From the NCBI GenBank assembly GCA_964016885.1, contig OZ024762.1, positions 15,500,001-15,564,000 of the forward strand: a stretch of 64,000 nucleotides of DNA, read 5' to 3'. The position numbers and the translations under genes are program-made. How positions within the stretch are numbered: the first letter of the stretch is position 1; every line of letters starts with the position of its first letter. Below the pieces are notes generated by a model. That model did not search any database. It saw only the letters and a program-made list of their open reading frames with translations, and was not told the origin of the DNA. Below are positions 1 to 12,383 of this stretch, piece by piece. Source of the DNA: Eledone cirrhosa (Eukaryota).

Positions 1-100
1 CGTCCTTATTCTAGATACTATGGCCTCGGAACAATATGTGTGTGTATGTATGTATTTATACACACACACTTATATATACATATATGCACACACTCACGTT

Positions 101-138
<38 letters not shown>

Positions 139-354
139 ATGAAGGAAGTGTGGTAAGGACCAGATGGACCAAACACACCAGAGTACTTGATACTTTGGGT
201 AGTAGAGTGGGTAATAGGAAAAGGTTCAGGGCCCCGACGGTAGAGCTCAAGCCATTTCGACGGCTATTTCTGGACTGAAATAGCTATCGAAACGGCTTGG
301 GCTCTGCCGTCGGGGCCCTGAACCTTTTCCTATATATATATATATCTTTTACAG

Positions 355-486
355 ATGTTGAAATGATTGAACTAGTGGAAGCGGAAGCAACCAAAATAAT
401 GGCACAGGTGTTAAATGCCAATAAAAATACACCCGACTTGATTAAAGAATGTTGTATCACATTGGCAAGTATTTGCTACATGAATA
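355..486 (+). CDS. STKLD1: STKLD1-like (Ser/Thr kinase-like domain protein, C-terminal ARM-like region), internal exon; upstream exons lie outside the window
   Basis: ttttacag acceptor, gtacgt donor, 132 nt, phase 1-1. Peptide DVEMIELVEAEATKIMAQVLNANKNTPDLIKECCITLASICYMN joins in frame to the next exon. Family assignment is from recalled similarity to the human STKLD1 C-terminus, not a database search. Confidence 0.7.
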
Positions 487-845
487 GTACGTACATCTGT
501 CTATCTATCTACCTACCTATTTATCTGTCTATCTACCTACCTACCTACCAATCTATCTATATATATATCACAATCTCTTCGTACTCCTGGAGATGAGGGT
601 TGCACATTTTTTTGGGGGGGGTATGTGTTACCCATATAAACTGTCTCCCTCTATTGGGGAAAATCGACTAACTTTTTAAATTCCATTTGTGATAACATTT
701 TACACGTTTTTATTGTATGTAAACTTCCCCCTTTGTATTTGTCCCCTTCTTTTGTGCCCCTGTGGCTAATAAAGAAATATATCTATATATATATCTACCG
801 ACCTACCCACCTACCTACCTACCTACCTATCTATATAGATAGGTA

Positions 846-1600
846 AATTTCTTTATTAGCCACAAGCGCACAAAAGAAGGGGACGAATACAAATGGGGAG
901 TTTACATACAGGTATATGAAAATAAAACTATTAATAAAATAACAAATAACAATTGAAATCCCCACTAGGGGGAGGCGTTACACAGGGCTTGTACACACCC
1001 CGAAAAAATGTACAACCCTCATCTCCAGGAGCACCAAGAGTGAGTACTCCCTTCCTCTCTTCCTCTTTTTCCTCAACCTACAGGCTTATATAGAGAGAAG
1101 GCCCAACCACTCGGGCCATCTTTTCCACATTCACATTCACTGTGAGCGCCTGAGCACATTCGATGTGCCAGTCGTACATTTTACTGTCTTTGCTTGTCCC
1201 AGGACTGCAGCTCGGTCAGCGAGACGAGTCGTGGGCAGGCTCGCCTCACGAACGGGGCCAAAAACCGGTTGTCCGGGGAGGAATACGTGGAGGTGCCGTA
1301 GCCTGAGCGCGTGTTTGCGCATCGTCAGCCACGGCATCCCCAGCCCTCCGTTTGAAGGGTGTTGGCAGCAGATGGATGTTCTCACCAAAGGAACCCGTTT
1401 CTTCCAAAAGAATTGGAAGAGCGCGCACTCCATTTTGGTGAGCGTTTTGGCTGGACAAGGCACGACGGTCAAGCGGTAGTAGATGACGGACGCTATAAAA
1501 GTGTTCGCCACCTCTGCTCGACCTTTCGAGGATAGTTTGCACTCGGCCCACTTCTGGGTGAGCGCAAACACCTTGGCCGTCACCTCGTTCCAGTTCTTCT
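846..1600 (-). mobile_element. Tx1/L1-clade LINE fragment (post-RT region plus 3' end)
   Basis: LSSKGRAEVANTFIAS...FFWK...GGLGMP, typical of the Tx1 ORF2 C-terminal part; AATAAA-type 3' end at about 850. Confidence 0.75.
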
Positions 1601-1676
1601 AGATAGGTAGGTAGATAGACAGATATATATATATATATATATTACCTACCTACCTATCTATCTATTTATCTATCTA

Positions 1677-1717
<41 letters not shown>

Positions 1718-1765
1718 CCTATCTATCTATCTATTTATATATCTATCTATATATCTACCTATCTA

Positions 1766-3135
1766 CCGGTTCGTGACAAGATCTACAGGCACGGATGCCC
1801 CGGCAGGGATCCTTCCAAGAGGACGTGTCCAAGATGTGAGCAGGACATTGAAACTGTCCTGCGCGCAATTGTACACTGCCCGGGCGTAACCGACCTGTGG
1901 AACTATGCAGAACAACTGCTGTCGCGTATGGGACAAATCCAGTTGACTGCCGAGTCCATAGTAAGGATCAAACTGCCAACTTCTTTCAAAATGTACAGTG
2001 GCTATGGTAAAAGAGGTTATATGGTGGACGAGATTGCGAGGACTGAGGACAGCTGCCTTTCTCTCCGGACAACAGCTCATTCCCTTCTTTAGGTACCATT
2101 TTAGAAGGAGAATCAGAGTGGAGAGAGAGGCACTGCACCCCAGTAAATTTACTGAAAGGTGGGAGAATGTAGCAAAAATGGCCCGAATGATTGGGCCTTC
2201 TCTGTATATAAACCTGTAGGTTGAAGAAGAGAGCAAAGGGAAGAAAGGAGCACTTGCACAACACGCTCCTGAAGTTGAGGGTTGTTCTATCGACGGGGTA
2301 TAAAACAACCCATTTGTAACGCCTCCCCCTATTGGAGATTTCGATTGTTGAATTTGTTTGTTTTAAAAATATTTTTACACGATTGTATGTAAAATCCCTG
2401 GCATATGTCTTTGTATTGTCCCCTTTTCTTGTGCGCCCTTGTGGCAAATAAAGAAATATATCTATTTATCTATCTGTCTATTTATCTATCTATTTTACAC
2501 GTTTTATGAAAGGTGGGTGAAAGTGGCGAGAATGGCCCGAGTGAATGGGCCTTCTCTCTATATCAGCCTGTAGGTTGAGGAAAAGGAGGAGGAGAGGAAA
2601 GGAGTACAAACTCTTCGTACTCCTGGAGATGAGGGTTGCACATTTTTTCGGGGGTATGTGTTACCCATATAAACTGTCTCCCTCTATTGGGGAAAATCGA
2701 CTAACTTTTTAAATTCCATTTGTGATAACATTTTACACGTTTTTATTGTATGTAAACTTCCCCCTTTGTATTTGTCCCCTTCTTTTGTGCGCCCTTGCGG
2801 CAAATAAAGAAATATATCTATTTATCTATCTATTTTACACGTTTTTATTGTATGTAAACTTCCCCCTTTGTATTTGTCCCCTTCTTTTGTGCGCCCTTGT
2901 GGCAAATAAAGAAATATATCTATTTATCTATCTATTTTACACGTTTTTATTGTATGTAAACTTCCCCCTTTGTATTTGTCCCCTTCTTTTGTGCGCCCTT
3001 GTGGCAAATAAAGAAATATATCTATTTATCTATCTATTTTACACGTTTTTATTGTATGTAAACTTCCCCCTTTGTATTTGTCCCCTTCTTTTGTGCCCCT
3101 GTGGCTAATAAAGAAACATATCTATTTATCTATCT
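1766..3135 (+). mobile_element. Tx1-like LINE 3' fragments (two copies) ending in a 4x102-bp tandem of the element terminus
   Basis: Zn-knuckle-like ETVLRAIVHCP and KEVIWWTR residues; 3' UTR shared with 575-780 and 59060-59370; units start at 2731, 2833, 2935 and 3037. Confidence 0.7.
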
Positions 3136-3564
3136 ATTTATATATCTACCTACCTATCTATCTATTTATATATCTATATATCTACCTACCTATCTATCTA
3201 TTTATATATCTATATATCTACCTATCTATTCTATGTATTTTGTAGCTTAACGGCTTTAGATTAATGTTTTGTCTCTGGTCTCTTACTCCACTGGACAGCA
3301 TTTGGTTTATGTCAGATGCTGTGACCCGGGTGGACCAGCAGTACCATCGGTAGGGTAGAAACTGCCAAAGTCCACCTCAAAGGCCGATGACCATGGAGTT
3401 CTGTGTCCTTCGTTTGTATTTTTTTTTTTTTAAATAATTTTTTTAACTTTCCCCTTGGAAGATTGTTTTTCCTTTTGTTTCGTTTCCGCTCTTTGTCTGG
3501 TCCTTTCTTTGTTAATTTTTTAAAGTTTATCTGTCAATCTCTCTCTCTCGCTCTCTCTCTCTTT

Positions 3565-3595
<31 letters not shown>

Positions 3596-3648
3596 GAGCT
3601 TCCTGAAGATTTCATCTGAATGAAACAGTACTAGTCCTGTAGAAGCTC
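3596..3648 (+). ncRNA. Hammerhead-like motif
   Basis: GAGCUUC-CUGAAGA-uUUCA uc UGAAu-GAAAC aguacua GUC^ cugua GAAGCUC, then AATAAA; stem I is offset by a bulge. Confidence 0.5.
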
Positions 3649-3734
3649 CTTCTATACAATAAAAAATGTTTTACTCTGCCATGTATTGAGTACCTTACTT
3701 ACTGTGGTTATCCCCGACTCAACCCGGGACCTAC

Positions 3735-3786
<52 letters not shown>

Positions 3787-4256
3787 ATGTATATATTATA
3801 TATATATATATAATATATATACATATACACATATATATTACAGATTGTACTGGGTGTATTGTATCATGACACCAACACTACCACTTTACAGAGTGTACTG
3901 GGTGTATTTTATCATGACACCAACACTACCACTTTACAGAGTGTACTGGGTGTAAAGTATCATGACATCAACACTACCACTTTACAGAGTGTACTGGGTG
4001 TATTGTATCATAGCACAAACACTACCACTTTACAGAGTGTACTGAGTGTACAGAGTGTATATATAATATATATACATATACACATATATATATATATACC
4101 TACATATATATATATAATATATATACATATACACACATATATATATACCTACATATATATATATATATAATATATATATACATATAAATACATATATATA
4201 CCTACATATATATATATAATATATATATACATATACACACATATATATATACCTAC

Positions 4257-4295
<39 letters not shown>

Positions 4296-5484
4296 TATAT
4301 ATATACCTACATATATATATATATAATATATATATACATATACACATATATATATATACCTACATATATATATATATAATATATATATACATATACACAT
4401 ATATATATATACCTACATATATATATATATATAATATATATATACATATATATATACATACATATATATATACCTACATATATATATATATATAATATAT
4501 ATATACATATACACACATATATATACCTACATATATATATATATATATATATAATATATATATATACATATACACACATATATATATATACCTACATATA
4601 TATATATACATACATATATATATATACATACATATATATATACCTACATATATATATACCTACATATATATATACCTACATATATATATATATATATATA
4701 ATATATATATACATATATATATACCTACATATATATATATATATATATAATATATATATACATATATATATATATACCTACATATATATATAATAATATA
4801 TATATATACATATACACACATATATATATATATACCTACATATATATATATATATATATAATATATATACATATATATATATATATTTATTAAAATAACA
4901 GATTAAAGTTTAAGCAAAGAATCGCTGCTTTGACCCTTAACGGGGTCTTCTGAAACTCAGTTTCAGAAGACCCCGTTAAGGGTCAAAGCAGCGATTCTTT
5001 GCTTAAACTTTAATCTGTTATTTTAATAAATATTTGCTCTACGGTTCTTATATATCTGATATATATTTATCCTTATCGAGCCCTCTTTGGATTTTAGTCT
5101 TCAAATTTATTACTGTATATATATATATATATATATATATGCAAAAGTTTTATTTAAAATTGTTGGGTTACAAGGAGTAAATATTTTATAACTGATATAA
5201 AGCACTCAACAAGTTTTGGAGTAGATATACGATAGTAAACAAATGGAAACTATATTTATAAAACCATATTTATTTCATTATACATATTTCAGGGATACCA
5301 TATTAAAAATATGGCATGCCTTCTTCAGATAAAATACAATATATAAGCAGTTTTATAAATAAATTTGACGTACCATAAAATATTGATCAACTTCCATTTA
5401 AAAAAGTTGGTTTGGTTTAAATGGAAGTTGATCAATATTTTATGGTACGTCAAATTTATTTATAAAACTGCTTATATATTGTAT

Positions 5485-5540
5485 TTTATCTGAAGAAGGC
5501 ATGCCATATTTTTAATATGGTATCCCTGAAATATGTATAA
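5485..5540 (+). ncRNA. Hammerhead-like motif with long stem II
   Basis: CUGAAGA-AGGcAUGCCAUAUU uuu AAUAUGGUAUcCCU-GAAA-UAUG-UA; mirror copy at about 5279-5333; stem I weak. Confidence 0.5.
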
Positions 5541-5587
5541 TGAAATAAATATGGTTTTATAAATATAGTTTCCATTTGTTTAATATC

Positions 5588-5634
<47 letters not shown>

Positions 5635-5653
5635 TGTGAATTTGTATTTGCAG

Positions 5654-5809
5654 AGGAAAGTACGTACATGTTTCTCAGTGTGGAAGTAAAAAACGAGAAC
5701 GACATTCAATATGGATTAGACATTTTGTTGGAACTTTGTAACAAATACAAAGACTCCGTGGCTCTCGTGACGGCCATGTGCATTTTGTTGGCCGCCTTTA
5801 CCAGATATG
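5654..5809 (+). CDS. STKLD1: STKLD1-like internal exon
   Basis: tttgcag / gtaaga, 156 nt, phase 1-1. KESTYMFLSVEVKNENDIQYGLDILLELCNKYKDSVALVTAMCILLAAFTRY resembles recalled STKLD1 ...[32 protein letters not shown]. Confidence 0.75.
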
Positions 5810-7331
5810 GTAAGATATACCTGTTGACTCGGCAACTCTGTCTTTTAGTTGCACGTGTGTGGCTCTTGACCTCTGACCTCCGACCCTCGACCACTGACCT
5901 CTAACCCTCGACCACTGACCTCTTACCCTTGACCCTCGACCACTGACCTCCGACCCTCAACCCCTGATCCATGACCCTCGACCACTGACCCCTGACCCTC
6001 AACCACTGATCCATGACCACTGATCCATGACCACTGACCCTCGACCACTAACCTCTGACGCTTGACCACTGAGCCACAGAAACTTATAAACCTTTCAAAA
6101 TTTTCAAAACAAGGTGTTGGGGTGTCGTTCATGTCTTTCTTAATGTTATTGCTCCTACTTAAGGTCGATTTCTATTAATTCCCTGGGGAATTGGTTGACC
6201 AAATGCTTTGGGTAACTGTTTTATTTATTTTTATTCTTTCTCTTAGGTTTCAGGTATTTTTGCAAGCAAAGCATTGGCCTCTAAAATACTACAGTGGGCC
6301 CTGCAATGCTACTGTGGGCTCTTCCAATGTTACCGTGGGCCCCCTGGGGCCCACTTGCCATTGGGCAACCTGGCAACCTGGCCAGTCTTCCACTGCCTCT
6401 GACCCTCCAACCACTACTGCTGCCCCCCAAATATGGTAAGAAATACCGTCACTCAGTAGCTCTGTATTTTAGTTGGAGGTATGTGACCCTGGTCTCTGAC
6501 CCTCGACCTCCAACCCCTCACACCTCACCCTTACACCGCCCATTCGGCTAGATTTTGAACTTTACCGTAATTTCGGCAGAGCAGTGATGGTGGGTGTGGG
6601 GGCTCAAGAGAGATTGTAAGTACTTACCTGAGTCCTTACTGGCTCGAGTTTATTGAGGTAAGTTAATGGGCTGGGAGGAGGTTGGGAGGGGGTTTAGAAA
6701 ACTGTAAAATCTGGCTCAATCCTGGAACCTCGTTAAGCTAATTAGGCTGGTGTTAAGTGACTGAGAGTACAAGACTGTTTCACGATTTTATTTGACATAT
6801 ATCTACATCATCGTCATCATCATCATCATCACCATTTTACGTCTGCTTTTCCCTGCTTGCAAGGGTGGGGCTGGTCCTATTCAGAACAGCATCTCTCCAC
6901 TTGTCACAGTCCTTCGTCATCTCCTCTGTGAGCTTCAGCGATCTGAAGTCTGCTCTCACCACCTCCGCCCATGTTTTTCTTCTTCCTTCTACTGGGATTT
7001 CTTGGCATTTCTTCACCCATCGGTCATCCTCCATGCGCATCACATGTCCATACCATCTCAGTCTTCTCATATATATTTGCATATAATATAAATATGTACA
7101 CTACACATGCACTTTATAATTATTGAAAGCTGTAAATGTAAAATGACCAGCTTGGACTCAAATTGCATTTTCTGGTCATTTTTGAGTGCAACGAGCTAAA
7201 CTAATCACTACAACTAAATTGTCCAAAATCGGTCTCAAACCCCACCATTACCACCATTCAGAAATGCTTCCACCGCCCCTTCAAATGCCTCCTTCTTTAT
7301 TGGTCTGACCCAAATCCTCTTTCATTTTCAG

Positions 7332-7411
7332 ACAATGTTTGTAAAGAACTGGTCAGCTATGAATTTGAAACTATACTGAAATATTACTCTACCAATTTCC
7401 GCTACACTCAG
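7332..7411 (+). CDS. STKLD1: STKLD1-like internal exon
   Basis: ttttcag / gtaaaa, 80 nt, phase 1-0. DNVCKELVSYEFETILKYYSTNFRYTQ matches the recalled [23 protein letters not shown] pattern. Confidence 0.7.
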
Positions 7412-8135
7412 GTAAAAATAAGGAAGTCTTTACGGACTGCACATGCGTAAACACATACGTGTTCGTTTGTATGCGTCATGATATATATATATATCATCAC
7501 ATCATCACTCGTTGACTACTGTCGAGATGATGGATCTCACTCTCATGCCCCAGAATCCCCTGTCCCCCATCGCTGCCCCCATGTCCTGTCTGCTGATTCC
7601 CGTATCCCTAGAGATAACGTCAGGGAATGACAACTTCCTACTCCTAGTCAGGCTGGAGTCAGGGTTCCAGAGCAAGGGAGCGGATATGATTTCATTGCTG
7701 GCATGGTGACATATATATATATATATATATGTGTGACATATATATATATATATATGAGTGTGTGCGTGTATGTATTAGGTATTAAATTAACAATAAAAAT
7801 AAAAACAACAAAGTCAAGTTATTTTACCTATTCATATCATTGTTTTACGATTGTTTCGAAGAGTTGACACAATATTTCATTATTGTTATTATTATTATAT
7901 CATGAATCGTAGACTGTTCATTTTCCTGACATTTGTACATTATTCTATGTACTATACATGCACCTTTGATGAGTTATAGTGCACCTGAGCACTGTACACA
8001 ATAATTTCATTATTATCATTATTATTATATTGACATATTGATTGATCTATAGCAGTTATATAACTGTATACTATCAGACCTCATATATAGGTTCGATCAG
8101 GCCGTCTTCTTCAGAAAAATATATATGTAAGTATG

Positions 8136-8192
<57 letters not shown>

Positions 8193-8511
8193 AAAATTAA
8201 GATAAAACAAATGAATTTAATCTAAATCAAAATTATGGGTATCATGCCAGAAAGACATGCACCATGTCACCCGCAAAATAACCTCTAAGATTCTAACGAG
8301 TAGGTCCGAGCATTTTATAATAACTAGAAATTGATTAACATATATATAAACATGAATAATCACAGGAGATTATTCATGTTTATTTATATGTTAATCAATC
8401 TCTAGTTATTATATATATATATATATATATATATTGAGAGGATATATGTACCGTAAGCGAGGAGAAAGCAAGATTGAAGATTTGATACAATATATATATA
8501 TGTATGTACAC

Positions 8512-8559
<48 letters not shown>

Positions 8560-8561
8560 GA

Positions 8562-8752
8562 GAGGGCGGTGGATTGGCAGTATCAGTAGAAGGTCAGACG
8601 CCATGCTTTGTAGCATAGAGTTATGCTCCTTTACAGTCTGAGTTCAAATCCCGCCGAGGTTAACTTTGCCTTTCATCCTTACAGGGTTGATAAGATAAAG
8701 TACCAGCAATGCACTGGGGTAATTGCTGGCCTTGTGCCAAAAGTAGAAATTA
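8562..8752 (+). mobile_element. tRNA-derived SINE (family S1), representative copy
   Basis: A-box tggcagtatc..tag, B-box gagttcaaatccc, core gcctttcatccttacggggtcgataaaataaagtaccag. Further copies: 12690-12882(-), 13475-13665(+), 14720-14950(+), 15325-15515(-), 37155-37315(-), 39390-39585(+), 40215-40405(-), 43215-43400(+), 47635-47945(+, two), 58500-58683(-), 60755-60870(-), 63920-64000(-). Confidence 0.85.
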
Positions 8753-8759
8753 TATATAT

Positions 8760-11690
8760 ATCAGGTAGATTATATCCTTACCAGAAGACGTGACAGAGTG
8801 TCTGTTGTTAACACTAAATCCCACCCCCATGAAGAATTCACCTCCCAACATAGACTGATAATTAGCGACCTCATAGTCAGGACGAGACGTACTAGACAGC
8901 GAAAGAGGACTATCCTCAGGAGAAAAATATGGAAGCTAAAGGACCCCATAGCCAGAAATAAATTTCAAAGCAAATTACTTGACGCTTTCGACAGTAAGGA
9001 AGAGCAATTAGAGTCGTATAATATAGAGGAACAGTGGGAATTCCTGAGAGCAAACCTGCTGACGGCGGCAGACGAAGTCTGTGGCTGGAGCAGGCCTGTA
9101 GGTAGGAGGAGAGTAACATGGTGGTGGAACAGTAAGGTGGAGGAGTCAATTAAGGCCAAAAAGCAGGCTTGGAAAGTATGGCGGGATGGGGGAAGTAGAG
9201 AAGACTATCAAGTGGCCAGGAGGGAAGCTAGGAGACAAGTGTACTTCGCAAGAAGGGAAGCAGAGGAAAGAAAGTTCAAGCATGTTCTACAACGTGAGGA
9301 CCAAAAACGTGAGGTGTTCAGGATTGCCAGGCAATGTGTCAAGGAAAACCGTGATATTGTCGGGGAGAAGTGTGTACTTAACGATGATGGCATACTTGCC
9401 ATCACCGACGCTGATAAGAAGGTAGCTTGGAAGTGTCACTACGAAAGGCTTCTAAATGAGGAGAACAAATGGGAGAAAGACAGTCTCCCCCAGATCGATC
9501 CAATAGAGGGACCAGCAGTGTTAGTTGAAGGTAGTATAATAAGTAAGGCAATCAAAGATATGAAGACGGGTAAGGCGGCTGGGCCTTCGGAAATAGTTGC
9601 TGAGATGCTGAAGGCATCTGGTTCGGTGGGACACACCATGGTCACCCGGATAGTTAACCAAGTCGTACAGAATGGGGTTGTTCCGAAGGAATGGCGTAGC
9701 AGCATCATCGTTAACTGCTATAAGGGAAAAGGAGATGCCCTAGATAGGAGTAACTATAGAGGCATTAAATTAATCGACCAGGTCATGAAGGTCACGGAAA
9801 AAGTAATAGCGCAACTAATCAGAGAGAGAATTGATCTAGATGAAATGCAGTTCGGGTTTGTGTCAGGCAAAAGTACCACAGACGCTCTTTTCATTGTACG
9901 ACAACTACAGGAGAAGTACCTAGCTAAAAGTAAACCCCTATACTTAGCTTTTGTCGACTTGGAGAAAGCCTTCGACAGAGTCCCCCGTTCCATTATCTGG
10001 TGGTCTCTTAGAAAACTAGGTGTTGACGAATGGCTTGTGAGAGCTATACAAGCCATGTATAAAGAAACAGTCAGTAAGGTTAGAATTAACAACGAATATA
10101 GTGAAGAGTTTAGCGTAAAAGTTGGTGTCCATCAGGGCTCTGTACTTAGCCCCCTACTATTTATTATTGCCCTTCAGGCTATAACAGAGGAGTTCAAGAC
10201 CGGCTGCCCATGGGAACTCCTATACGCAGATGATCTAACGCTCATAGCTGAATCAATGACCGAACTAGAGAAGAAATTCCAAACGTGGAAACACGGCCTA
10301 GAATCAAAAGGCCTTAAAATTAACCTGGCTAAGACTAAAGTTCTAGTTTGTAGGAAAGAAAATAAGGCGGCGGTCCCATCGGGGAAATGGCCATGCTCAG
10401 TGTGTAGGAAAGGCGTAGGTAGAAACTCCATTTTATGTCCCAAATGCAAAGTATGGGTGCATAAAAGATGTAGTGGGATCACAGGTAAGCTAACTAAGAA
10501 CATAGATTTTACATGTGGCCGGTGCTCTGGTGCAATAAGTAGCAGCAAGTGCCCACAAGATACTAGCTCCTTCAACTGCGCAGAGGGTTCTATAGAAATA
10601 GTGGACAGCTTCCGTTATCTGGGTGACAAAATCAGCAGCGGGGGAGGGTGCTCTGAAAGTACAGTAGCTAGAGTCAGAACTGGATGGAAAAAGTTCAGAG
10701 AGCTTATACCACTATTAGCCGCTAGAGGGTTCTCCCTAAAAATGAAAGGCAGGTTATACGATGCCTGCATACGAACAGCAATGCTGCATGGCAGTGAGAC
10801 CTGGGCATTGTGTGCAGAGGATATACGCAGACTAGAGAGGAACGAAGCTTGCATGCTCCGCTGGATGTGCAATAGTAATATACGTGAACGGCAAAGCATA
10901 AACGAACTAAGGAAAAAATTAGAAATAAGAGGGATCAGATGTTGTTTACTCGAGAGAAGGCTACGTTGGTACGGTCACGTGATGCGCATGAAAGACGACA
11001 GCTGTATAACAAAGTGCAGGGCAATAAAGATAGACGGTAGCCACGGAGTAGGCAGACCCAGAAAAACATGGGACGAGCTGATAAATTCCGACCTCACACG
11101 CTTACACCTCTCCAAGACAATGTCACTGGACCGAGACCTTTGGCGGTACTCAGTAATAGAGAAGACCCGCCTTACCTAAATACAAAGTAAAAACCTACTA
11201 CAGTCAGTAGGCACCTCTATCAAAACACACCCCCGTCCCACCACCTCCACCCCACCCACACCGCCCCTTTCAATGTAAAGTTATGTTGGTCCTACAACAT
11301 CCAGGCCGAAACAAATGAGATCGTGTAGGTGTCACGACAAAAAACACACAGTCCACGCTGTAAATGTGGCCGTGTAGGCAACACGGTAAAAACCTCCCAG
11401 CCCCACACTGTAAATGTGGTTGGTGTTAGGAAGGGCATCCAGCTGTAGAAAACTCGCCAGACAGTCCACGCTGTAATGTGGCCGTGTAGGCAACATGGTA
11501 AAAACCTCCCAGCCCCACACTGTAAATGTGGTTGGTGTTAGGAAGGGCATCCAACTGTAGAAAACCCGCCAGACAGTCCTATGCGAGCAAGACAACCACT
11601 CTTGCCTCAAGTGGGAAAACCCCCGTCCAAATCCATGCAAGCGTGGAACACGGACGCTAAACCTGATGATGATGATGATGATGATGATAT
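8760..11690 (+). mobile_element. RTE-clade LINE, 5'-truncated, with 3' UTR and (GAT)n tail
   Basis: Starts at the end of the APE endonuclease (QVDYIL...SQHRL); RT motifs YRGIKL, FVDLEKAFD, GVHQGSVLSPLLF, YADD; RLRWYGHV, GRPRKTW; microsatellite tail. Confidence 0.93.
8798..11179 (+). CDS. RTE LINE reverse transcriptase ORF (uninterrupted 793 aa, lacks most of the endonuclease)
   Basis: ORF track plus RT motifs; Cys/His cluster after YADD. Confidence 0.9.
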   Translation: MSVVNTKSHPHEEFTSQHRLIISDLIVRTRRTRQRKRTILRRKIWKLKDPIARNKFQSKLLDAFDSKEEQLESYNIEEQWEFLRANLLTAADEVCGWSRPVGRRRVTWWWNSKVEESIKAKKQAWKVWRDGGSREDYQVARREARRQVYFARREAEERKFKHVLQREDQKREVFRIARQCVKENRDIVGEKCVLNDDGILAITDADKKVAWKCHYERLLNEENKWEKDSLPQIDPIEGPAVLVEGSIISKAIKDMKTGKAAGPSEIVAEMLKASGSVGHTMVTRIVNQVVQNGVVPKEWRSSIIVNCYKGKGDALDRSNYRGIKLIDQVMKVTEKVIAQLIRERIDLDEMQFGFVSGKSTTDALFIVRQLQEKYLAKSKPLYLAFVDLEKAFDRVPRSIIWWSLRKLGVDEWLVRAIQAMYKETVSKVRINNEYSEEFSVKVGVHQGSVLSPLLFIIALQAITEEFKTGCPWELLYADDLTLIAESMTELEKKFQTWKHGLESKGLKINLAKTKVLVCRKENKAAVPSGKWPCSVCRKGVGRNSILCPKCKVWVHKRCSGITGKLTKNIDFTCGRCSGAISSSKCPQDTSSFNCAEGSIEIVDSFRYLGDKISSGGGCSESTVARVRTGWKKFRELIPLLAARGFSLKMKGRLYDACIRTAMLHGSETWALCAEDIRRLERNEACMLRWMCNSNIRERQSINELRKKLEIRGIRCCLLERRLRWYGHVMRMKDDSCITKCRAIKIDGSHGVGRPRKTWDELINSDLTRLHLSKTMSLDRDLWRYSVIEKTRLT

Positions 11691-11693
11691 ATA

Positions 11694-11744
<51 letters not shown>

Positions 11745-11745
11745 G

Positions 11746-11953
<208 letters not shown>

Positions 11954-12135
11954 TGTAGATATATATACATATATATATATATATATATTGTTATACTTTG
12001 GGAGGGTCATGTTGCCAATAAGAAACACACGCACCAGATTCTTATTGGCAACATGACCCTCCCAAAGTATAACAATATCGGTTTCAACACACGATTTCAG
12101 ATAAAGAATCTTGCTAAACAAATTCAGAAACGAAA

Positions 12136-12166
<31 letters not shown>

Positions 12167-12167
12167 G

Positions 12168-12202
<35 letters not shown>

Positions 12203-12206
12203 GTAG

Positions 12207-12254
<48 letters not shown>

Positions 12255-12255
12255 G

Positions 12256-12289
<34 letters not shown>

Positions 12290-12313
12290 CATATATATAC
12301 ATATATATATATG

Positions 12314-12347
<34 letters not shown>

Positions 12348-12352
12348 CATAT

Positions 12353-12383
<31 letters not shown>

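Noticed and set aside
3315-3410. GC-rich structured island (GGTGGAC...GTCCACC) considered as an HDV-like ribozyme
   Set aside because: Could not assign the nested P2/P3/L3 elements on either strand.
6248-6435. Exon-like segment with AG and GTAAG in the STKLD1-like intron
   Set aside because: Both candidate acceptors give in-frame stops, and the flanking exons join correctly without it.
8562-8660. tRNA-like A/B boxes
   Set aside because: SINE heads in many copies with no complete cloverleaf; no true tRNA gene was seen.
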